Origin: Ectobacillus panaciterrae DSM 19096
Lineage (GTDB): Bacteria; Bacillota; Bacilli; Bacillales; Bacillaceae_G
Length of the DNA stretch: 24,000 nucleotides
Assembly (NCBI RefSeq): GCF_000430785.1
Contig: NZ_KE387247.1
Coordinates: forward strand, 86,301-110,300
Direction of reading: 5' to 3'
Positions 17,348 through 24,000 of the stretch are shown one piece after another. The notes beneath the pieces are model-generated. The model saw nothing but the letters and a program-made list of their open reading frames with translations, was not told the origin of the DNA and did no database searches. The position numbers and the translations under genes were made by a program. The stretch's first letter is position 1. Each line of letters begins with the position of its first letter.

Positions 17348-18415
17348 ATGAAGCAAAAGAAAAAATTATTGTCTTATGTAGTGTTGACTACGGCTCTTAC
17401 TACTGGATGGGCTTTATACTCTGATGCAGGACAAGCGTATGCAGCTTCGGAAAGCAAAGTGGAATTGCAAACAGCAAAATCCGATACGATTCGTGTCGTG
17501 AAGTTCAATAAATTGAATCCTATCGCATTGGAAATTACGTTCTCTAAACCGATTCCGCAAGAAGATTTGATCTTAAATCAAGCACAGAAAAACTTCGTGT
17601 TCAGTAACGGACTAAAGCTTACGAATGTACCGCAATTAAAAACGGGAGCTGAATCCACTTATATCGTTCCGGTTTCAGTACAAAAGCCGGGAGAGAAATA
17701 TACGCTAACGTATAAAGGAAAGAAAATGCGCACATTTACAGGAAGCAGAGACAAGTTGAAATTGAGTTCAGTGAAACAAGTGACGAATGATACATTCGAA
17801 TTGGAATCATTCCGTTCCAACGGTATCCTTGACTACCAATATGTCGTAGCCGCCGATGCCGAAAAAATGGGGAATCTTGCAGTGACCCTTGATAAACACA
17901 ATAGATATAACGGTGTTCGTTATGATATCATCCCGTCTCTAAGAGATCAAAAAGTAACAATCACTCCGGAAGGCGGAGAACCGATGACAGCCAGCTACGT
18001 ACCATTTACGCAGGCCACTGACGGCAGACAGGCTCCGAAATTCCGTTTGCCTCAAGGCCAAACATTAAAACTGGGCACAAAATACACAGTAATGGCTGAC
18101 TGGGCGATTGTGGAGAAACAGACGTTCATAGCGGCAGATGTAGCACCTCTAGTTATTTCATCAGCCAAGCAGGCAGGTCCTGCAAGTGTTGAAGTCACTT
18201 TGTCGCAAGATCCGAAAGATGAACTGTTCGCTCTTCGTCAAATCAAGTTGACAGCGGAAGACGGCTCAGAACTTCTTGCACAATACAAATTCACATCCCG
18301 CAAAGGCGCTTCCGGTACATTCGATATACTGAATAACAGCGCTTTAAAACCAGGAACAGCATACAAAGTAGAACCGATCGGCGGCTGGGCCGAGGCGGCA
18401 AACGTTACATTGTAG
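17348..18415 (+). CDS. Secreted protein of unknown function, possibly Ig-like (SbsA_Ig-type) domains
   Basis: Signal peptide MKQKKKLLSYVVLTTALTTGWALYSDAGQAYAAS; beta-rich segments such as NPIALEITFSKPI and ASVEVTLSQDP, GTKYTVMADW; AGGAGAG RBS. Confidence 0.7.
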   Translation: MKQKKKLLSYVVLTTALTTGWALYSDAGQAYAASESKVELQTAKSDTIRVVKFNKLNPIALEITFSKPIPQEDLILNQAQKNFVFSNGLKLTNVPQLKTGAESTYIVPVSVQKPGEKYTLTYKGKKMRTFTGSRDKLKLSSVKQVTNDTFELESFRSNGILDYQYVVAADAEKMGNLAVTLDKHNRYNGVRYDIIPSLRDQKVTITPEGGEPMTASYVPFTQATDGRQAPKFRLPQGQTLKLGTKYTVMADWAIVEKQTFIAADVAPLVISSAKQAGPASVEVTLSQDPKDELFALRQIKLTAEDGSELLAQYKFTSRKGASGTFDILNNSALKPGTAYKVEPIGGWAEAANVTL

Positions 18416-18450
18416 ACGAATTAAACATACGCTTGACGCTACTATTACTA

Positions 18451-18486
18451 TAAAAGGAAAGCCTTGTTTCAAGGGCTTTCCTCTTT
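18451..18486 (+). terminator. Rho-independent terminator
   Basis: AAAGGAAAGCCttgtttcaaGGGCTTTCCTcttt. Confidence 0.75.
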
Positions 18487-18755
18487 ACGCTATTGAGAGA
18501 AAACGAGTTTTAAGGAGATTGAATTTATTCTTGAATCTCATTATGAATTTTAATAGAGAATGAAATGCGGGGATATTTACGCAAGACGATGAATGAAGAG
18601 GCAGTCATGTAGAATGCTGTGAAGAGGCATAGAACTGAAGATAGTCCAAGTTGTTTATGAAACATGATATTTTCTTTACATATTCTATTTATAAATGAGG
18701 AAATTATAAAAGAATGTTCATGACATGCATGCAATGTACAGCTATAGCTGTATAT

Positions 18756-18786
18756 AAAAAAAGCCTCCGCATCGGAGACTTTTTTA
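18756..18786. terminator. Terminator hairpin for the minus-strand gene
   Basis: AAAAAAGCCTCCGcatCGGAGACTTTTTT. Confidence 0.75.
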
Positions 18787-19074
18787 ATATTGATCCATAA
18801 CCAACTTTTGATCCAAAAGAAAATGGAGAAACTCTTCAATTTTAGGAATATCCTCCGGTACGATACCAAGTTTCGGAGCCCAATAGCTTGAATGTTCAAT
18901 GTCCTCGCTGCAAAGCAGCGCCATGCGCTCGCTTTGTATGGAAATGACCATTGCTTTTCCGAGAAAATGCGAGGAGTAAATGACCGATAAATCATAGCGG
19001 TGATTGCCGGCGGCGATACAAAAATAGTGGATATTTTGCTTTTCTCTTTCTTCTGACAAGATTTCGAAATTCAT
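18784..19074 (-). CDS. DUF3055-like small protein
   Basis: HYFCIAAGNHRYDLSVIYSSHFLGKAMVISIQSERMALLCSEDIEHSSYWAPKLGI resembles the F-G--RFDLAII---F-GK-LVLDIQS-R-A-I---DL pattern of DUF3055. Confidence 0.55.
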   Translation of the reverse strand: MNFEILSEEREKQNIHYFCIAAGNHRYDLSVIYSSHFLGKAMVISIQSERMALLCSEDIEHSSYWAPKLGIVPEDIPKIEEFLHFLLDQKLVMDQY

Positions 19075-19361
19075 ATTTTACCACTCCTTTTCTACACTTT
19101 TTTGTGACAGAGGATGATCCTGGCAGATGCCCGTTCCCTCTCATGATCATCCCTTTGTTAAAACAATGGGTTAACGGCGTCTATTCGCAAGTGTATGCGC
19201 GAGCGGCTTCATAGGTGTATAAATACATTCGGCACAAGATACATCAGATTCCTGCTTTGTAACAAAATTAGAATATATAGGGGATAGGGAGAATTCTGCT
19301 CAAGCGTACATAAAAGGTGCATAAAAGGGAGAAAATACTCTGAAACGAAAGGAGTGTGTTT

Positions 19362-19691
19362 ATGCATAAATTAATCAATACGACATTTATTATCTTATTT
19401 ACCACACTGACAGTAGGATTGATTCCGGTCCATGCAGAAACGGCCAATACAAACCAGGAACAACCGGCTGTTCAATTGACAGAGAAACAGAAAAAGGAGT
19501 TATCGGCTCTGCATAAGGAAATTTTGGCGAAGAAAAAAGAAGTCATTTCAAAATATGTGGAATATGGAGTTATGCCGAAAGAAAAAGGCGACAAAATTAT
19601 TTCGCATATGGAAGAGCACTATGCGAAGCTTGAGGAAAACGGTTTCGTCATGAAAAGAGAAAGACATAAGCATAGACATTGGGAGCGTTAG
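19362..19691 (+). CDS. Secreted DUF2680-like (YckD-like) small protein
   Basis: Signal peptide and LTEKQKKELSALHKEILAKKKEVISKYVEYGVMPKEKGDKIISHMEEHYAKLEENGF. Track ORF starts at 19356; ATG 19362 is equally possible. Confidence 0.7.
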   Translation: MHKLINTTFIILFTTLTVGLIPVHAETANTNQEQPAVQLTEKQKKELSALHKEILAKKKEVISKYVEYGVMPKEKGDKIISHMEEHYAKLEENGFVMKRERHKHRHWER

Positions 19692-19706
19692 ACAGTGAGA
19701 AAAGCT

Positions 19707-19740
19707 CAGATAAAGGAATCTGAGCTTTTCTTTTTTTCTG
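19707..19740 (+). terminator. Rho-independent terminator
   Basis: AAAAGCTCAGATaaaggaATCTGAGCTTTTcttttttt. Confidence 0.88.
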
Positions 19741-19950
19741 GGTATTCAAATTATCATTCCGTAGCGATTTGGTTTTCAAATATTGAATGGGACTGAAACA
19801 AAATGATTGTAATTTTATGATTTTATATATACAGATTTAACTTTGGTGAAATTTTCATATTGGTAAGGATAGCAGCCTAAACTTTTGGCTATTGTCCTGA
19901 ATAAGGTGATTAAGAATAGAGTATTAAAAAATGAAGGGAGAGAAGTATAC

Positions 19951-20220
19951 ATGATCGATGAGCGTATTATCGGAGGGTTTGGCGGTCCGTTTTTCGGAGG
20001 ATTTGGCCGTCCGTTTTTCGGAGGGTTCGGTCGTCCATTTTTTGGGTTTGGTCGTCCATTTTTTGGAGGATTCGGTTTTCCATTTTTTGCAGGGTTAACA
20101 GCGGGAGCTTTACTTACGCCTGGTTTTGGATACGGTTATCCTTACCCGGCACCGTATCCATGTCCATATCCATCTCCTTATGGCTGTCCATATCCTTATT
20201 CGTATGGTTATGGTTATTAA
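19951..20220 (+). CDS. Gly/Phe/Pro/Tyr-rich small protein with GGFGRPFF repeats (possible spore-coat-like)
   Basis: MIDERIIGGFGGPFFGGFGRPFFGGFGRPFFGFGRPFFGGFGFPFF...GYGYPYPAPYPCPYPSPYGCPYPYSYGYGY; GAGAG RBS upstream of ATG 19951. Confidence 0.65.
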   Translation: MIDERIIGGFGGPFFGGFGRPFFGGFGRPFFGFGRPFFGGFGFPFFAGLTAGALLTPGFGYGYPYPAPYPCPYPSPYGCPYPYSYGYGY

Positions 20221-20281
20221 GGCGGTTTTGGGGAGAGGGAAGATTGAGGATTGTAAGACTTAAAAACTATTGTATGAAGGG

Positions 20282-20314
20282 ACACCATCTGTTAGAACAG
20301 ATGGTGTTTTTTAT
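20282..20314 (+). terminator. Rho-independent terminator
   Basis: ACACCATCTgttagaacAGATGGTGTTTTTTa. Confidence 0.88.
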
Positions 20315-20575
20315 ATGTAAATTTCATCAATTCAAAAGGTAAAGATAAAATTCCACTAAATATTCAATGTATTCATTTGCAAGTTAACGTGCATATATTT
20401 CTTAGATTACTAATATAAAAGTCTATAGACGAGCATTAATAAAATGAAGCAACTACGACTATATTCCTCTACGACATGAATTTACTTATGTATATGTTGA
20501 CTAAAAATGTCCTATGCGCCAGGTACTTTATGAAAGAAAATAGGCTCTGCTTTTTTGTGACCATGTTAAAGTCTA

Positions 20576-21313
20576 CTAAGCTCGAAAGGGAATTGTCTTA
20601 TGTACATCTTGTCTAAAGGAGGTGAGTAGAAAGGCTTTCTCTCTATAATCATGCAGTGTGTAGAGTATATCGACAGGATGGTGAAGAGAAATACTGCATG
20701 CATGATTGTCTTGAAAATAGGAATAGCCCTTGCGTCCAAGGAATGTAAATTCTAGATGATTCTCTTGTTTGCCGAATGTTCGGAAGTTGGAGATACATAG
20801 TCCCTCACTGTAGAATATGGGTTTTACATTCCCAATTCCAAAGGGTTCTAAGGCCTGGAAATCATCAAACAGATAACTACTTACCTCCAAGAGGGAAAGA
20901 CACCTATTATATGTTTTATCCGTACTAATTTGAGGTTGCCGGGGCAACATGAATTCAAGTGCGCAGTAAAATTCGTGTATACGTTGTTCACTTGGATGAG
21001 GGTATAAGCAAAATTTAGCCATTGTTGAATGAATATCATAGCGTTTAAGAGATCCACCGTATTGATGAATTACTTTTGCTACACTGGTCTTATCTCCATT
21101 TATGCTTCTTGCTACAGCTTCTCCTTCGTAGGAAATCACTACAGTCGGTCTTCGATAACATTCGGCTATACGACAAGCTATCGGGCCGAGAATTCCAATA
21201 TGAAAATCTCCGTATATGCAATGCCACTTCTCCAGGAGAATAAAGTCTTTTATATATCCTCTTGTAACTCGTCCACATCGTTTTACCTCCTTTTCGGCGA
21301 AAATATAACCCAT
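20576..21313 (-). CDS. RecJ-like C-terminal (DHHA1/OB) ORF lacking a DHH domain; possibly a decayed gene
   Basis: DFHIGILGPIACRIAECYRRPTVVISYEGEAVARSI resembles the RecJ W(H)xGVxGIVASRLxExxxRPTxVxx block; FQALEPFGIGNVKPIF matches the RecJ LxPFGxGNxxPxF block. Confidence 0.6.
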   Translation of the reverse strand: MGYIFAEKEVKRCGRVTRGYIKDFILLEKWHCIYGDFHIGILGPIACRIAECYRRPTVVISYEGEAVARSINGDKTSVAKVIHQYGGSLKRYDIHSTMAKFCLYPHPSEQRIHEFYCALEFMLPRQPQISTDKTYNRCLSLLEVSSYLFDDFQALEPFGIGNVKPIFYSEGLCISNFRTFGKQENHLEFTFLGRKGYSYFQDNHACSISLHHPVDILYTLHDYREKAFLLTSFRQDVHKTIPFRA

Positions 21314-21514
21314 AGCATTATACCATTCCAGGACTATTATTTTTAGCTTTCTAGGCAGCGTCTAAAAGCTAAGAAGAAGGATTTTTTTGGGGGTTCAGGT
21401 ATCATTGACTTTAAATCATTTCTATTTAACTAATGGAAGCGATTGATCAATTTAAGGGAACGCACTCTGGTTTGGCGTGTATAAATTTGTATTTTAGGGG
21501 ATAATTTCTCTGAG

Positions 21515-22813
21515 GTGACTTTAATGAATCTTAAGGACTTGAAAGAAAATCATGATTTTATTCACCGTGAAGTTAAAAAGGGGAATCTAAAAATTACTCT
21601 TTTTTATCTGAAGTCACTATGCGACGAAAAAAAAATTACTTGTAATGTAATCTCAACTTTTTATGATACAGACGGAATCATTGAGTATGAAGAATATATA
21701 CGCTCATTTGAAGAATGGTCAATGATTAAAGAGGAAAAAGATGCTGTGGGAAAAATTTTCAGCGGATGCATTATAATCTTACAAAACAATAAAATGTACT
21801 CTGTTAAACTGGACAAGATTGAATCACGTCCTGTATATGAATCGACAGAAGAAAGTATTTTGCAAGGACCTAAAGACAGCTTAAATGAAAAAATGAGTAT
21901 ATCATTAAACATTATTCGCAATCGATATCGAAAAGAAACATTAAGGGCTAAAAACCACACATTAGGACAAAATTCCAAGACGAATATTATTTTGCTGTAC
22001 GATGAAAAGCTCTGTGATAAAAATGCTCTACAACACTTGAATAATAAACTAAAAGACTTAAAAGTGGATTTATTACAATCTGCGGGTCAGTTGCAAAAAT
22101 TATTGGTGGAGAGTAAGTGGTGTCCTTTTCCTTTATTTATGACAACAGAGCGACCCGACAGAGTAGTAAGAAATCTGTCTCAAGGGAAAATTGTATTTCT
22201 TATTGAAGGATCTTCATGGGTTTTACTAGGACCAGCTAGTTTCTTTGATTTTTTTAAATCTATGGATGATCATGTAGAGTTAGTCACCATAGGAAAATTT
22301 CTTATTTTTATTCGATACATAGCACTTATGATTTCACTTTTTCTTCCCGCTTTATACGTCGCCGTAATTTCTTATTCTCCAGAAATTTTAAAAGTACAAT
22401 TTGCTCTTCTAATTGCAGGAAGCAGAATAGCTGTTCCTTTTCCTTCCTACATTGAAATTATCTTTATGATGCTGATGGTAGAATTTTTATGTGAAGCTAG
22501 TATTCGTTTACCAAGAACAATTAGCCCATCCGCAACAACTGTAGGTGGCTTAATCCTCGGTCAGACAGCATCCCAAGCAGGACTAATAGGTAATGTTATG
22601 ATTATTGTAATTTCTATTGTTGCAATTTCTATTTTTGTCATTCCGGTTAATGCCATGCATCAAGCTATCCGATTCATACGATATCCATTAATTGTACTTG
22701 GAAGTTTATTTGGAACTATAGGGGTACTAATCGGAGCTTTTGCTCTTATCGCATATCTATGTAGTTTACGTAGCCTAGGTAAACCGTACATGCAGCTATT
22801 TGCTAAAAACTGA
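21515..22813 (+). CDS. GerAA/GerKA-type spore germination receptor subunit A
   Basis: Hydrophilic N-domain, VVRNLSQGKIVFLIEGSSWVLLGPASFFDFF, RYIALMISLFLPALYVAVISYSPE, FPSYIEIIFMMLMVEFLCEASIRLPRTISPSATTVGGLILGQTASQAGL. Confidence 0.95.
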   Translation: MTLMNLKDLKENHDFIHREVKKGNLKITLFYLKSLCDEKKITCNVISTFYDTDGIIEYEEYIRSFEEWSMIKEEKDAVGKIFSGCIIILQNNKMYSVKLDKIESRPVYESTEESILQGPKDSLNEKMSISLNIIRNRYRKETLRAKNHTLGQNSKTNIILLYDEKLCDKNALQHLNNKLKDLKVDLLQSAGQLQKLLVESKWCPFPLFMTTERPDRVVRNLSQGKIVFLIEGSSWVLLGPASFFDFFKSMDDHVELVTIGKFLIFIRYIALMISLFLPALYVAVISYSPEILKVQFALLIAGSRIAVPFPSYIEIIFMMLMVEFLCEASIRLPRTISPSATTVGGLILGQTASQAGLIGNVMIIVISIVAISIFVIPVNAMHQAIRFIRYPLIVLGSLFGTIGVLIGAFALIAYLCSLRSLGKPYMQLFAKN

Positions 22814-22829
22814 TTGTAGGTGGATTTTA

Positions 22830-23894
22830 ATGCTAGGACAGCGTTATTACGTTTATTTGTTTTATATCAATGCACTGGTGAATGTAACTGCTTTTATCCC
22901 ACAAATCCTTTACAAAAATCGATTTAACGGGAGCTTATTTAGTTTAGCTCTATCAACCCTAATAGGAACGTTTCTGATTTTTTTATTTCAAACTCAAATA
23001 AAAAAATTTCCAAGACAAAATATTGCTCAAATCATGGATAGGATTTTCCCAAAATGGTTTCAGAAGACTTTTCTGTTTTTTAATTTCACTCTACATATTT
23101 TTGCAGGAATTTTATTTCTTATCTCAAATACGCAAATTGTAAACCATTTTTTAACCCCGAACTCAATTATCATATTTTATATTTTTCTCTTGTTAATCGT
23201 ATTTTTAATAATGAATCAAACAAATTCCATATTGTATATGTTGGAAATTATTGTTTTATTTGCTACACCTTTCTATCTTTTTATAATGCTGAGGTTTTTT
23301 ACAGATGATTTAGTAATGGTTGATTTTATCAAACAATCTTGGACTTACCTAATGCATTTTCCAAAAATGAATTCGGTTGCTTCTGGATTATTTGTTTTTA
23401 CAGGATTCACAAATTTTTTTATTTATGGTGAACATATTCTTTCTATTGGTAAGAAACCATTATTTATTGCTTTGGGGATTATTTGTTTCGTACTTTTTTC
23501 TTCATATTTCGTACCAATTGGATACTTTGGACTTAATGGTGTAGGAAAGGAAAGCTATGTATGGGTAACTGCAGTTGACAGCATGCGCTTTGATTACTTC
23601 TTTTTAGAAAGAATGGTACCAATTTTTATTTTAGTTCAAATTGGCATAACGTTGATGTATATAATATTATCCTATCACTCGTCACTACAATATCTTCAGT
23701 TAATGACAAAAAATGTTGGAGGACGTTCAAAATGGGTCGGCATATTTGTCGTGGTGATATCAGCTATAATTACTCAGCATTTTACAGACGAATTCATGTT
23801 GTTAAAACTTTTCAATTGTTTTTTTATTTCTCGAATTATTTTAGATCTATTTTTAATGTTAATTTTACTTTTTGCTTCAAAAAAGCAAATGTAA
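22830..23894 (+). CDS. GerAB/GerKB-type spore germination permease subunit B
   Basis: Multi-TM endospore permease starting MLGQRYYVYLFYINALVNVTAFIPQILYKNRFNG; immediately downstream of subunit A. The track start at 22800 overlaps subunit A; ATG 22830 has a GGTGG RBS. Confidence 0.85.
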   Translation: MLGQRYYVYLFYINALVNVTAFIPQILYKNRFNGSLFSLALSTLIGTFLIFLFQTQIKKFPRQNIAQIMDRIFPKWFQKTFLFFNFTLHIFAGILFLISNTQIVNHFLTPNSIIIFYIFLLLIVFLIMNQTNSILYMLEIIVLFATPFYLFIMLRFFTDDLVMVDFIKQSWTYLMHFPKMNSVASGLFVFTGFTNFFIYGEHILSIGKKPLFIALGIICFVLFSSYFVPIGYFGLNGVGKESYVWVTAVDSMRFDYFFLERMVPIFILVQIGITLMYIILSYHSSLQYLQLMTKNVGGRSKWVGIFVVVISAIITQHFTDEFMLLKLFNCFFISRIILDLFLMLILLFASKKQM

Positions 23895-23911
23895 AATTAG
23901 TATTTGTTTTT

Positions 23912-24000
23912 TTGATATTACTGTTAAATCCTTTTTTAGTTAATGGGTGTTCATTTAAGGATATTGATAAACGTTCATTTGTTACATCAATTGGTATTGA
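23912..24000 (+). CDS. N-terminus of GerAC-type germination lipoprotein (partial, start uncertain)
   Basis: Frame reads (M/L)ILLLNPFLVNGCSFKDIDKRSFVTSIGI; lipobox LVNGC followed by the typical D-I-DKR-FV--IGID pattern. Start is possibly TTG at 23912. Confidence 0.65.
   Translation, partial: MILLLNPFLVNGCSFKDIDKRSFVTSIGI

Noticed and set aside
18525-18995. 156-aa minus-strand ORF
   Set aside because: Overlaps the DUF3055-like gene and its terminator in another frame, with no recognisable motifs.
21343-21372. Hairpin TTAGCTTTCTAG/CTAAAAGCTAA between the RecJ-like ORF and the ger operon
   Set aside because: Short imperfect stem without a convincing U-run directly after it; not enough to call a terminator or operator.

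Overview
The window looks like an endospore-forming Bacillota genome (Bacillales; genus only guessed, perhaps Aneurinibacillus-like). Most intact genes are ordinary. On the minus strand at the left edge is the N-terminus of a chorismate-mutase/DAHP-synthase protein, with two near-identical tandem T-box riboswitches upstream. The other readable genes are an SGNH lipase, a FAD/Rieske oxidoreductase, a DeoR regulator with a Gfo/Idh/MocA oxidoreductase, an NRDE protein, an HxlR regulator next to DoxX, a GTP cyclohydrolase II-like protein, a HAD nucleotidase, an alkaline phosphatase, a histidine kinase/response regulator pair followed by a secreted protein, DUF3055-like and DUF2680-like proteins, and a GerA-type germinant receptor operon running off the right end. 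The window is also rich in gene remnants (RsgA-like, extradiol dioxygenase, CatE-like, RibD, GerB-like, RecJ-like and possibly an amidohydrolase) and has four copies of a ~180-195 bp MITE-like element. The observations most worth following are: (i) a protein made of twelve 16-aa repeats with a C-terminal TM/Arg-rich tail and a palindromic TATAGG array upstream; (ii) a shared three-part TTTARR direct-repeat box upstream of both the kinase locus and its neighbouring secreted-protein gene; (iii) the tandem T-boxes with a predicted Phe (UUC) specifier; (iv) a RecJ-like ORF lacking the DHH domain. I see no convincing new defence or mobile system.
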